Shown one piece after another: positions 13,501-28,337 of a stretch of DNA of 64,000 bases (positions are counted from its first letter, which is position 1; each line of letters opens with the position of its first letter). This stretch comes from Eledone cirrhosa. Taxonomy: Eukaryota. The notes below the pieces were generated by a model. The model saw nothing but the letters and a program-made list of their open reading frames with translations, was not told the DNA's origin and did not search any database. The position numbers were made by a program, and so were the translations under genes. The DNA lies in the NCBI GenBank assembly GCA_964016885.1, contig OZ024741.1, positions 396,676,001-396,740,000 on the forward strand, read 5' to 3'.

Positions 13501-16500
13501 TTACAGTTACTTCCCCTGTCACTTCTACTCTCCTCTCACAACCTATTACAATACAGTTACTTACCCTGTCACAACCTATTACATTACAGTTACTTCCCCT
13601 GTCACTTCTACTCTCCTCTCACAACCTATTACATTACAGTTACTTCCCCTGTCACTTCTACTCTCCTGTCACAACCTATTACTTTACAGTTACTTCCCCT
13701 GTCACTTCTACTCTCCTCTCACAACCTATTACTTTACAGTTACTTCCCCTGTCACTTCTACTCTCCTCTCACAACCTATTACATTACAGTTACTTCCCCT
13801 GTCACTTCTACTCTCCTCTCACAACCTATTACTTTACAGTTACTTCCCCTGTCACTTCTACTCTCCTCTCACAACCTATTACTTTACAGTTACTTACCCT
13901 GTCACAGCCTATTACATTACAGTTACTTCCCCTGTCACTTCTACTCTCCTCTCACAACATTACATTACAGTTACTTCCCCTGTCACTTCTACTCTCCTCT
14001 CACAACCTATTACAATACAGTTACTTCCCCTGTCACAACCTATTACATTACAGTTACTTCCCCTGTCACTTCTACTCTCCTCTCACAACCTATTACATTA
14101 CAGTTACTTCCCCTGTCACTTCTACTCTCCTCTCACAACCTATTACTTTACAGTTACTTACCCTGTCACAACCTATTACTTTACAGTTACTTCCCCTGTC
14201 ACTTCTACTCTCCTCTCACAACCTTTTACTTTACAGTTACTTACCCTGTCACAACCTATTACTTTACAGTTACTTCCCCTGTCACTTCTACTCTCCTCTC
14301 ACAACCTATTACATTACAGTTACTTCCCCTGTCACTTCTACTCTCCTCTCACAACCTATGACTTTACAGTTACTTACCCTGTCACAACCTATTACTTTAC
14401 AGTTACTTCCCCTGTCACTTGTACTCTCCTCTCACAACCTATTACTATACAGTTACTTCCCCTGTCACTTCTACTCTCCTCTCACAACCTATTACATTAC
14501 AGTTACTTCCCCTGTCACAACCTATTACATTACAGTTACTTCCCCTCTCACAACCTATTACTTTACAGTTACTTACCCTGTCATTCTACTCTCCTATCAC
14601 AACCTATTACTTTACAGTTACTTCCCCTGTCACTTCTACTCTCCTATCACAACCTATTACTTTACAGTTACTTACCCTGTCACCTCTACTCTCCTGTCAC
14701 AACCTATTACATTACAGTTACTTCCCCTGTCACTTCTACTCTCCTCTCACAACCTATTACTTTACAGTTACTTACCCTGTCACAACCTATTACTTTACAG
14801 TTACTTCCCCTGTCACTTCTACTCTCCTCTCACAACCTATTACATTACAGTTACTTACCCTGTCACAACCTATTACATTACAGTTACTTCCCCTGTCACT
14901 TCTACTCTCCTCTCACAACCTATTACTTTACAGTTACTTCCCCTGTCACTTCTACTCTCCTCTCACAACCTATTACTTTACAGTTACTTCCCCTGTCACT
15001 TCTACTCTCCTCTCACAACATAATAAATTACAGTTACTTCCCCTGTCACTTCTACTCTCCTCTCACAACCTAATACATTACAGTTACTTCCCCTGTCACT
15101 TCTACTCTCCTCTCACAACCTATTACTTTACAGTTACTTCCCCTGTCACTTCTACTCTCCTCTCACAACCTATTACATTACAGTTACTTCCCCTGTCACA
15201 ACCTATTACATTACAGTTACTTACCCTGTCACTTCTACTCTCCTCTCAGAACCTATTACTTTACAGTTACTTACCCTGTCACTTCTACTCTCCTCTCACA
15301 ATCTATTACATTACAGTTACTTACCCTGTCACAACCTATTGCATTACAGTTACTTCCCCTGTCAATTCTACTCTCCTCTCACAACCTATTACTTTACAGT
15401 TACTTACCCTGTCACAACCTATTACATTACAGTTACTTCCCCTGTCACTTCTACTCTCCTCTCACAACCTATTACTTTACAGTTACTTCCCCTGTCACTT
15501 CTACTCTCCTCTCACAACCTATTACTTTACAGTTACTTCCCCAGTCACTTCTACTCTCCTCTCACAACCTATTACTTTACAGTTACTTCCCCTGTCAATT
15601 CTACTCTCCTCTCACAACCTAATACATTACAGTTACTTCCCCTGTCACAACCTATTACTTTAGAGTTACTTCCCCTGTCACTTCTACTCTCCTCTCACAA
15701 CCTATTACATTACAGTTACTACCCCTGTCAATTCTACTCTCCTCTCAAAACCTATTACTTTACAGTTACTTCCCCTGTCACTTCTACTCTCCTCTCACAA
15801 CCTATTACTTTACAGTTACTTCCCCTGTCACTGCTACTCTCCTCTCACAACCTATTATATTACAGTTACTTCCCCTGTCAATTCTACTCTCCTCTCACAA
15901 CCTATTACTTTACAGTTACTTCCCCTGTCACTTCTACTCTCCTCTCACAACATATTACATTACAGTTACTTCCCCTGTCACTTCTACTCTCCTGTCACAA
16001 CCTATTACTTTACAGTTACTTACCCTGTCACTTCTACTCTCCTCTCACAACCTATTACATTACAGTTACTTACCCTGTCACAACCTATTACATTACAGTT
16101 ACTTCCCCTGTCACAACCTATTACATTACAGTTACTTACCCTGTCACTTCTACTCTCCTCTCACAACCTATTACTTTACAGTTACTTACCCTGTCACTTC
16201 TACTCTCCTCTCACAATCTATTACATTACAGTTACTTACCCTGTCACAACCTATTGCATTACAGTTACTTCCCCTGTCAATTCTACTCTCTTCTCACAAC
16301 CTATTACTTTACAGTTACTTACTCTGTCACAACCTATTACATTACAGTTACTTCCCCTGCCACTTCTACTCTCCTCTCACAACATTACATTACAGTTACT
16401 TCCCCTGTCAATTCTACTCTCCTGTCACAACCTATTACATTACAGTTACTTCCCCTGTCACAACCTATTACATTACAGTTACTTCCCCTGTCACAACCTA

Positions 16501-19500
16501 TTACATTACAGTTACTTCCCCTGTCACTTCTACTCTCCTCTCACAACCTATTACTTTACAGTTACTTCCCCTGTCACTTCTACTCTCCTGTCACAACCGA
16601 TTACTTTACAGTTACTTACCCTGTCACTTCTACTCTCCTCTCACAACCTATTATATTACAGTTACTTACCCTGTCACAACCTATTACATTACAGTTACTT
16701 CCCCTGTCACAACCTATTACATTACAGTTACTTACCCTGTCACTTCTACTCTCCTCTCACAACCTATTACTTTACAGTTACTTACCCTGTCACTTCTACT
16801 CTCCTCTCACAATCTATTACATTACAGTTACTTACCCTGTCACAACCTATTGCATTACAGTTACTTCCCCTGTCAATTCTACTCTCCTCTCACAACCTAT
16901 TACTTTACAGTTACTTACCCTGTCACAACCTATTACATTACAGTTACTTCCCCTGTCACTTCTACTCTCCTCTCACAACCTATTACTTTACAGTTACTTC
17001 CCCTGTCACTTCTACTCTCCTCTCACAACCTATTACTTTACAGTTACTTCCCCAGTCACTTCTACTCTCCTCTCACAACCTATTACTTTACAGTTACTTC
17101 CCCTGTCAATTCTACTCTCCTCTCACAACCTAATACATTACAGTTACTTCCCCTGTCACAACCTATTACTTTAGAGTTACTTCCCCTGTCACTTCTACTC
17201 TCCTCTCACAACCTATTACATTACAGTTACTACCCCTGTAAATTCTACTCTCCTCTCAAAACCTATTACTTTACAGTTACTTCCCCTGTCACTTCTACTC
17301 TCCTCTCACAACCTATTACTTTACAGTTACTTCCCCTGTCACTGCTACTCTCCTCTCACAACCTATTATATTACAGTTACTTCCCCTGTCAATTCTACTC
17401 TCCTCTCACAACTTATTACTTTACAGTTACTTCCCCTGTCACTTCTACTCTCCTCTCACAACATATTACATTACAGTTACTTCCCCTGTCACTTATACTC
17501 TCCTCTCACAACCTATTACATTACAGTTACTTACCCTGTCACTTCTACTCTCCTCTCACAACCTATTACTTTACAGTTACTTCCCCTGTCACTTCTACTC
17601 TCCTCTCACAACCTATTACATTACAGTTACTTACCCTGTCACAACCTATTACATTACAGTTACTTCCCCTGTCAATTCTACTCTCCTGTCACAACCTATT
17701 ACTTTACAGTTACTTACCCTGTCACAACCTATTACATTACAGTTACTTCCCCTGTCACTTCTACTCTCCTATCACAACCTATTACTTTACAGTTACTTCC
17801 CCTGTCACTTCTACTCTCCTCTCACTACCTATTACATTACAGTTACTTCCCCTGTCACTTCTACTCTCCTCTCACAACCTATTACTATACAGTTACTTCC
17901 CCTGTCACTTCTACTCTCCTCTCACAACCTATTACATTACAGTTACTTCCCCTGTCACTTCTACTCTCCTCTCACAAGCTATTACTTTACAGTTACTTCC
18001 CCTGTCACTTCTACTCTCCTATCACAACCTATTACTTTACAGTTACTTCCCCTGTCACTTCTACTCTACTCTCACAACCTATTACATTACAGTTACTTCC
18101 CCTGTCACTTCTACTCTCCTCTCACAACCTATTACATTACAGTTACTTCCCCTGTCACTTCTACTCTTCTCTCACAACCTATTACTTTACAGTTACTTCC
18201 CCTGTCACTTCTACTCTCCTCTCACAACCTATTACATTACAGTTACTTCCCCTGTCACTTCTACTCTCCTCTCACAACCTATTACATTACAGTTACTTCC
18301 CCTGTCACAACCTATTACATTACAGTTACTTCCCCTGTCACTTCTACCCTCCTCTCACAACCTATTACTTTACAGTTACTTACCCTGTCACAGCCTATTA
18401 CATTACAGTTACTTCCCCTGTCACTTCTACTCTCCTCTCACAACCTATTACTTTACAGTTACTTACCCTGTCACAACCTATTACATTACAGTTACTTCCC
18501 CTGTCACTTCTACTCTCCTCTCACAACCTACTACTTTACAGTTACTTACCCTGTCACAGCCTATTACATTACAGTTACTTCCCCTGTCACTTCTACTCTC
18601 CTCTCACAACATTACATTACAGTTACTTCCCCTGTCACTTCTACTCTCCTCTCACAACCTATTACAATACAGTTACTTACCCTGTCACAACCTATTACAT
18701 TACAGTTACTTCCCCTGTCACATCTACTCTCCTCTCACAACCTATTACATTACAGTTACTTCCCCTGTCACTTCTACTCTCCTGTCACAACCTATTACTT
18801 TACAGTTACTTCCCCTGTCACTTCTACTCTCCTCTCACAACCTATTACTTTACAGTTACTTCCCCTGTCACTTCTACTCTCCTCTCACAACCTATTACAT
18901 TACAGTTACTTCCCCTGTCACTTCTACTCTCCTCTCACAACCTATTACTTTACAGTTACTTCCCCTGTCACTTCTACTCTCCTCTCACAACCTATTACTT
19001 TACAGTTACTTACCCTGTCACAGCCTATTACATTACAGTTACTTCCCCTGTCACTTCTACTCTCCTCTCACAACCTATTACTTTACAGTTACTTACCCTG
19101 TCACAACCTATTACATTACAGTTACTTCCCCTGTCACTTCTATTCTCCTCTCACAACCTATTACTTTACAGTTACTTACCCTGTCACAGCCTATTACATT
19201 ACAGTTACTTCCCCTGTCACTTCTACTCTCCTCTCACAACCTATTACAATACAGTTACTTACCCTGTCACAACCTATTACATTACAATTACTTCCCCTGT
19301 CACTTCTACTCTCCTCTCACAACCTATTACATTACAGTTACTTCCCCTGTCACTTCTACTCTCCTCTCACAACCTATTACTTTACAGTTACTTACCCTGT
19401 CACAACCTATTACTTTACAGTTACTTCCCCTGTCAATTCTACTCTCCTCTCACAACCTATTACTTTACAGTTACTTACCCTGTCACAACCTATTACTTTA

Positions 19501-22500
19501 CAGTTACTTCCCCTGTCACTTCTACTCTCCTCTCACAACCTATTACTTTACAGTTATTTACCCTGTCACAACCTATTACTTTACAGTTACTTACCCTGTC
19601 ACAACCTATTACTTTACAGTTACTTCCCCTGTCACTTCTACTCTCCTCTCACAACCTATTACATTACAGTTACTTCCCCTGTCACTTCTACTCTCCTCTC
19701 ACAACCTATTACTTTACAGTTACATACCCTGTCACAACCTATTACTTTACAGTTACTTACCCTGTCACAACCTATTACTTTACAGTTACTTACCCTGTCA
19801 CTTCTACTCTCCTCTCACAACCTATTACATTACTGTTACTTCCCCTGTCACTTCTACTCTCCTCTCACAACCTATTACTTTACAGTTACTTACCCTGTCA
19901 CAACCTATTACTTTACAGTTACTTCCCCTGTCACTTCTACTCTCCTCTCACAACCTATTACATTACAGTTACTTCCCCTGTCACTTCTACTCTCCTCTCA
20001 CAACCTATTACTTTACAGTTACTTACCCTGTCACAACCTATTACTTTACAGTTACTTCCCCTGTCACTTCTACTCTCCTCTCTCAACCTATTACTTTACA
20101 GTTACTTACCCTGTCACAACCTATTACTTTACAGTTACTTCCCCTGTCACTTCTACTCTCCTCTCACAAGCTATTACATTACAGTTACTTCCCCTGTCAC
20201 TTCTCCTCTCCTCTCACAACCTATTATTTACAGTTACTTACCCTGTCACAACCTATTACTTTACAGTTACTTCCCCTGTCACTTCTACTCTCCTCTCACA
20301 ACCTATTACTTTACAGTTACTTACCCTGTCACAACCTATTACTTTACAGTTACTTCCCCTGTCACTTCTACTCTCCTCTCACAACCTATTACATTACAGT
20401 TACTTCCCCTGTCATTCTACTCTCCTCTCACAAGCTATTACTTTACAGTTACTTCCCCTGTCACTTCTACTCTCCTATCACAACCTATTACTTTACAGTT
20501 ACTTCCCCTGTCACTTCTACTCTCCTCTCACAACCTATTACATTACAGTTACTTCCCCTGTCACTTCTACTCTCCTCTCACAACCTATTACATTACAGTT
20601 ACTTCCCCTGTCACTTCTACTCTCCTCTCACAACCTATTACATTACAGTTACTTCCCCTGTCACTTCTACTCTCCTCTCACAACCTATTACATTACAGTT
20701 ACTTCCCCTGTCACTTCTACTCTCCTCTCACAACCAATTACATTACAGTTACTTCCCCTGTCACAACCTATTACATTACAGTTACTTCCCCTGTCACTTC
20801 TACCCTCCTCTCACAACCTATTACTTTACAGTTACTTACCCTGTCACAGCCTATTACATTACAGTTACTTCCCCTGTCACTTCTACTCTCCTCTCACAAC
20901 CTATTACTTTACAGTTAATTACCCTGTCACAACCTATTACATTACAGTTACTTCCCCTGTCACTTCTACTCTCCTCTCACAACCTATTACTTTACAGTTA
21001 CTTACCCTGTCACAGCCTATTACATTACAGTTACTTCCCCTGTCACTTCTACTCTCCTCTCACAACATTACATTACAGTTACTTCCCCTGTCACTTCTAC
21101 TCTCCTCTCACAACCTATTACAATACAGTTACTTACCCTGTCACAACCTATTACATTACAGTTACTTCCCCTGTCACTTCTACTCTCCTCTCACAACCTA
21201 TTACATTACAGTTACTTCCCCTGTCACTTCTACTCTCCTGTCACAACCTATTACTTTACAGTTACTTCCCCTGTCACTTCTACTCTCCTCTCACAACCTA
21301 TTACTTTACAGTTACTTCCCCTGTCACTTCTACTCTCCTCTCACAACCTATTACATTACAGTTACTTCCCCTGTCACTTCTACTCTCCTCTCACAACCTA
21401 TTACTTTACAGTTACTTCCCCTGTCACTTCTACTCTCCTCTCACAACCTATTACTTTACAGTTACTTACCCTGTCACAGCCTATTACATTACAGTTACTT
21501 CCCCTGTCACTTCTACTCTCCTCTCACAACATTACATTACAGTTACTTCCCCTGTCACTTCTACTCTCCTCTCACAACCTATTACTTTACAGTTACTTAC
21601 CCTGTCACAACCTATTACATTACAGTTACTTCCCCTGTCACTTCTATTCTCCTCTCACAACCTATTACTTTACAGTTACTTACCCTGTCACAGCCTATTA
21701 CATTACAGTTACTTCCCCTGTCACTTCTACTCTCCTCTCACAACATTACATTACAGTTACTTCCCCTGTCACTTCTACTCTCCTCTCACAACCTATTACA
21801 ATACAGTTACTTACCCTGTCACAACCTATTACATTACAATTACTTCCCCTGTCACTTCTACTCTCCTCTCACAACCTATTACATTACAGTTACTTCCCCT
21901 GTCACTTCTACTCTCCTGTCACAACCTATTACTTTACAGTTACTTCCCCTGTCACTTCTACTCTCCTCTCACAACCTATTACTTTACAGTTACTTCCCCT
22001 GTCACTTCTACTCTCCTCTCACAACCTATTACATTACAGTTACTTCCCCTGTCACTTCTACTCTCCTCTCACAACCTATTACTTTACAGTTACTTACCCT
22101 GTCACAACCTATTACTTTACAGTTACTTCCCCTGTCACTTCTACTCTCCTTTCACAACCTATTACTTTACAGTTACTTACCCTGTCACAACCTATTACTT
22201 TACAATTACTTCCCCTGTCACTTCTACTCTCCTCTCACAACCTATTACTTTACAGTTACTTACCCTGTCACTTCTACTCTCCTCTCACAACCTATTACAT
22301 TACAGTTACTTCCCCTGTCACTTCTACTCTCCTCTCACAACCTATTACTTTACAGTTACTTACCCTGTCACAACCTATTACTTTACAGTTACTTACCCTG
22401 TCACAACCTATTACTTTACAGTTACTTACCCTGTCACTTCTACTCTCCTCTCACAACCTATTACATTACAGTTACTTCCCCTGTCACTTCTACTCTCCTC

Positions 22501-25500
22501 TCACAACCTATTACTTTACAGTTACTTACCCTGTCACAACCTATAACTTTACAGTTACTTCCCCTGTCACTTCTACTCTCCTCTCACAACCTATTACTTT
22601 ACAGTTACTTACCCTGTCACAACCTATTACTTTACAGTTACTTCCCCTGTCAATTCTACTCTCCTCTCACAACCTATTACTTTACAGTTACTTACCCTGT
22701 CACAACCTATTACTTTACAGTTACTTCCCCTGTCACTTCTACTCTCCTCTCACAACCTATTACTTTACAGTTATTTACCCTGTCACAACCTATTACTTTA
22801 CAGTTACTTACCCTGTCACAACCTATTACTTTACAGTTACTTCCCCTGTCACTTCTACTCTCCTCTCACAACCTATTACATTACAGTTACTTCCCCTGTC
22901 ACTTCTACTCTCCTCTCACAACCTATTACTTTACAGTTACATACCCTGTCACAACCTATTACTTTACAGTTACTTACCCTGTCACAACCTATTACTTTAC
23001 AGTTACTTACCCTGTCACTTCTACTCTCCTCTCACAACCTATTACATTACTGTTACTTCCCCTGTCACTTCTACTCTCCTCTCACAACCTATTACTTTAC
23101 AGTTACTTACCCTGTCACAACCTATTACTTTACAGTTACTTCCCCTGTCACTTCTACTCTCCTCTCACAACCTATTACATTACAGTTACTTCCCCTGTCA
23201 CTTCTACTCTCCTCTCACAACCTATTACTTTACAGTTACTTACCCTGTCACAACCTATTACTTTACAGTTACTTCCCCTGTCACTTCTACTCTCCTCTCT
23301 CAACCTATTACTTTACAGTTACTTACCCTGTCACAACCTATTACTTTACAGTTACTTCCCCTGTCACTTCTACTCTCCTCTCACAAGCTATTACATTACA
23401 GTTACTTCCCCTGTCACTTCTCCTCTCCTCTCACAACCTATTATTTACAGTTACTTACCCTGTCACAACCTATTACTTTACAGTTACTTCCCCTGTCACT
23501 TCTACTCTCCTCTCACAACCTATTACTTTACAGTTACTTACCCTGTCACAACCTATTACTTTACAGTTACTTCCCCTGTCACTTCTACTCTCCTCTCACA
23601 ACCTATTACATTACAGTTACTTCCCCTGTCATTCTACTATCCTCTCACAAGCTATTACTTTACAGTTACTTCCCCTGTCACTTCTACTCTCCTATCACAA
23701 CCTATTACTTTACAGTTACTTCCCCTGTCACTTCTACTCTCCTCTCACAACCTATTACATTACAGTTACTTCCCCTGTCACTTCTACTCTCCTCTCACAA
23801 CCTATTACATTACAGTTACTTCCCCTGTCACTTCTACTCTCCTCTCACAACCTATTACATTACAGTTACTTCCCCTGTCACTTCTACTCTCCTCTCACAA
23901 CCTATTACATTACAGTTACTTCCCCTGTCACTTCTACTCTCCTCTCACAACCAATTACATTACAGTTACTTCCCCTGTCACAACCTATTACATTACAGTT
24001 ACTTCCCCTGTCACTTCTACCCTCCTCTCACAACCTATTACTTTACAGTTACTTACCCTGTCACAGCCTATTACATTACAGTTACTTCCCCTGTCACTTC
24101 TACTCTCCTCTCACAACCTATTACTTTACAGTTAATTACCCTGTCACAACCTATTACATTACAGTTACTTCCCCTGTCACTTCTACTCTCCTCTCACAAC
24201 CTATTACTTTACAGTTACTTACCCTGTCACAGCCTATTACATTACAGTTACTTCCCCTGTCACTTCTACTCTCCTCTCACAACATTACATTACAGTTACT
24301 TCCCCTGTCACTTCTACTCTCCTCTCACAACCTATTACAATACAGTTACTTACCCTGTCACAACCTATTACATTACAGTTACTTCCCCTGTCACTTCTAC
24401 TCTCCTCTCACAACCTATTACATTACAGTTACTTCCCCTGTCACTTCTACTCTCCTGTCACAACCTATTACTTTACAGTTACTTCCCCTGTCACTTCTAC
24501 TCTCCTCTCACAACCTATTACTTTACAGTTACTTCCCCTGTCACTTCTACTCTCCTCTCACAACCTATTACATTACAGTTACTTCCCCTGTCACTTCTAC
24601 TCTCCTCTCACAACCTATTACTTTACAGTTACTTCCCCTGTCACTTCTACTCTCCTCTCACAACCTATTACTTTACAGTTACTTACCCTGTCACAGCCTA
24701 TTACATTACAGTTACTTCCCCTGTCACTTCTACTCTCCTCTCACAACATTACATTACAGTTACTTCCCCTGTCACTTCTACTCTCCTCTCACAACCTATT
24801 ACAATACAGTTACTTCCCCTGTCACAACCTATTACATTACAGTTACTTCCCCTGTCACTTCTACTCTCCTCTCACAACCTATTACATTACAGTTACTTCC
24901 CCTGTCACTTCTACTCTCCTCTCACAACCTATTACTTTACAGTTACTTACCCTGTCACAACCTATTACTTTACAGTTACTTCCCCTGTCACTTCTACTCT
25001 CCTCTCACAACCTTTTACTTTACAGTTACTTACCCTGTCACAACCTATTACTTTACAGTTACTTCCCCTGTCACTTCTACTCTCCTCTCACAACCTATTA
25101 CATTACAGTTACTTCCCCTGTCACTTCTACTCTCCTCTCACAACCTATGACTTTACAGTTACTTACCCTGTCACAACCTATTACTTTACAGTTACTTCCC
25201 CTGTCACTTGTACTCTCCTCTCACAACCTATTACTATACAGTTACTTCCCCTGTCACTTCTACTCTCCTCTCACAACCTATTACATTACAGTTACTTCCC
25301 CTGTCACAACCTATTACATTACAGTTACTTCCCCTCTCACAACCTATTACTTTACAGTTACTTACCCTGTCATTCTACTCTCCTATCACAACCTATTACT
25401 TTACAGTTACTTCCCCTGTCACTTCTACTCTCCTATGACAACCTATTACTTTACAGTTACTTACCCTGTCACCTCTACTCTCCTGTCACAACCTATTACA

Positions 25501-26651
25501 TTACAGTTACTTCCCCTGTCACTTCTACTCTCCTCTCACAACCTATTACTTTACAGTTACTTACCCTGTCACAACCTATTACTTTACAGTTACTTCCCCT
25601 GTCACTTCTACTCTCCTCTCACAACCTATTACATTACAGTTACTTACCCTGTCACAACCTATTACATTACAGTTACTTCCCCTGTCACTTCTACTCTCCT
25701 CTCACAACCTATTACTTTACAGTTACTTCCCCTGTCACTTCTACTCTCCTCTCACAACCTATTACTTTACAGTTACTTCCCCTGTCACTTCTACTCTCCT
25801 CTCACAACATAATAAATTACAGTTACTTCCCCTGTCACTTCTACTCTCCTCTCACAACCTAATACATTACAGTTACTTCCCCTGTCACTTCTACTCTCCT
25901 CTCACAACCTATTACTTTACAGTTACTTCCCCTGTCACTTCTACTCTCCTCTCACAACCTATTACATTACAGTTACTTCCCCTGTCACAACCTATTACAT
26001 TACAGTTACTTACCCTGTCACTTCTACTCTCCTCTCAGAACCTATTACTTTACAGTTACTTACCCTGTCACTTCTACTCTCCTCTCACAATCTATTACAT
26101 TACAGTTACTTACCCTGTCACAACCTATTGCATTACAGTTACTTCCCCTGTCAATTCTACTCTCCTCTCACAACCTATTACTTTACAGTTACTTACCCTG
26201 TCACAACCTATTACATTACAGTTACTTCCCCTGTCACTTCTACTCTCCTCTCACAACCTATTACTTTACAGTTACTTCCCCTGTCACTTCTACTCTCCTC
26301 TCACAACCTATTACTTTACAGTTACTTCCCCAGTCACTTCTACTCTCCTCTCACAACCTATTACTTTACAGTTACTTCCCCTGTCAATTCTACTCTCCTC
26401 TCACAACCTAATACATTACAGTTACTTCCCCTGTCACAACCTATTACTTTAGAGTTACTTCCCCTGTCACTTCTACTCTCCTCTCACAACCTATTACATT
26501 ACAGTTACTACCCCTGTCAATTCTACTCTCCTCTCAAAACCTATTACTTTACAGTTACTTCCCCTGTCACTTCTACTCTCCTCTCACAACCTATTACTTT
26601 ACAGTTACTTCCCCTGTCACTGCTACTCTCCTCTCACAACCTATTATATTA
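1596..26651. repeat. 25-kb satellite of mixed 50-bp and 33-bp monomers with higher-order duplications
   Basis: 50-mer TTACAGTTACTTCCCCTGTCACTTCTACTCTCCTCTCACAACCTATTAC(A/T); the 33-mer lacks 17 bp between two TCAC motifs. Runs into the gap, so true length is unknown. Confidence 0.98.
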
Positions 26652-26851
26652 NNNNNNNNNNNNNNNNNNNNNNNNNNNNNNNNNNNNNNNNNNNNNNNNN
26701 NNNNNNNNNNNNNNNNNNNNNNNNNNNNNNNNNNNNNNNNNNNNNNNNNNNNNNNNNNNNNNNNNNNNNNNNNNNNNNNNNNNNNNNNNNNNNNNNNNNN
26801 NNNNNNNNNNNNNNNNNNNNNNNNNNNNNNNNNNNNNNNNNNNNNNNNNNN
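26652..26851. other. Assembly gap (200 N)
   Basis: Exactly 200 N, likely a fixed-size scaffolding placeholder. Confidence 0.99.
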
Positions 26852-26913
26852 CATAAACTCGCATAGCTGGAAAATAAATTGATATTAGATTCATTTATCA
26901 AAATGCAAGTGTG

Positions 26914-27025
26914 GAGGCGTGTAGTCTAATGGTAAGGGTGCTGGACTTATTATCATAATGTCGTGAGTTCGATTCCTGAACTGGATTGCGTGTTGTGTTC
27001 TTGAGCAAAACTTTTCATTTAACGT
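26914..27025 (+). mobile_element. 5' part of a tRNA-derived SINE (second family)
   Basis: A-box-like TAGTCTAATGG, B-box GAGTTCGATTCC, then GTTGTGTTCTTGAGCAA; similar to the inverted copy at 27020-27265. Confidence 0.75.
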
Positions 27026-27265
27026 GTACGTGGCTAAGCATTCCATTGATACGTGTACTCTTAACGTAGCTCTCAGGGAGATTCAGCGTGACACAGTGTG
27101 TGTCAAGGCTGGCTCCTTGAATTACAGGTAAAACTCATTTTTGCCAGCTTGATGAACTGGAGCAATGTGAAATAGAGTGACTTGCTTAAGGATACAACGC
27201 GCCACCAGGAAACGAACTCACAACCTTACGATCGTGAGCCGAATACTCTTACTAATAAGCCACGC
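27020..27265 (-). mobile_element. tRNA-derived SINE (second family), near full length
   Basis: Minus strand reads GCGTGGCTTATTAGTAAG...GTGAGTTCGTTTCC...GTTGTATCCTTAAGCAAG (A box, B box, core). Confidence 0.75.
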
Positions 27266-27284
27266 TCGTTAATTTAACGTGCAA

Positions 27285-28303
27285 GAACAACTACTACCAG
27301 CACAACCACCACAACAACAACAATAATCTTCACCTCAACAACTTTCACCACACAACAACTAACTACCACTACTCACCCCCACCACCTCAGCAACCTTCAC
27401 CACCACCACTACCACCACAACCTTCACCACCACCACAACCACCACCACTACAACCACCACCACAACCTTCACCACCACCACTACTACCACCACCACAACA
27501 ACCATCTCAACCGCCACCACAACCACCTTCACCACCACTACCACCACCACTACTACCACCACAACAACCATCACAACCACCACCACAAACTTCACCACCA
27601 CCACCACCACAAACACCACAACCACCACCACCACAACAACAACCATCAACACAACAACCATCACAACCACAACCACCACAACCTTCACCTCCACCACCAC
27701 CACCACAAACACCACCACAACAACCATCACAACCACCACTACAACCTTCACCACCACCACCACCACCACAACCACCACCACCACCAGAACCACCACAACC
27801 ACCACCACCACAACCACCACAACCACCATCACAACCACCACCACAACCTTCACCACCACCACAACCACCACAACCACCACCACAACAACCATCACAACCA
27901 CCACCACAACCACCACAACCACCACCACCACCACCATCACAACTACCACAACCACCATCACAACTACCACCACAACCTTCACCACCACCACCACAACCAC
28001 CATCACAACCACCACCACAACAACCATCACAACAACCTTCCACACCACCGCAACCACCACCACAACAACCACAACCACCATCAAAACCACCACCACAACA
28101 ACCATCACAATCACCACCACAACAACGTTCACCACCACCACCTCAATCACCACCTCAACAACCATCACAACCACCACCACAACCACCACAACAACCTTCA
28201 CCACCACCACAACCACCACCACAACCACCACCACAACCACCCCATAACAACCATCACAACCACCACCACCACCACCACCACAACCTTCACCACCACCACC
28301 ACT

Positions 28304-28337
<34 letters not shown>

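Noticed and set aside
1596-26651. ORFs up to 2064 aa, partly Thr/Ser/Pro-rich, as a mucin PTS domain
   Set aside because: The 50-bp unit is not a multiple of 3, so translation cycles through all frames; the strand simply lacks stops, and it is antisense to the real gene.
26914-26985. tRNA gene (also considered for the other SINE heads)
   Set aside because: A/B boxes run into SINE core sequence and no complete cloverleaf could be formed.
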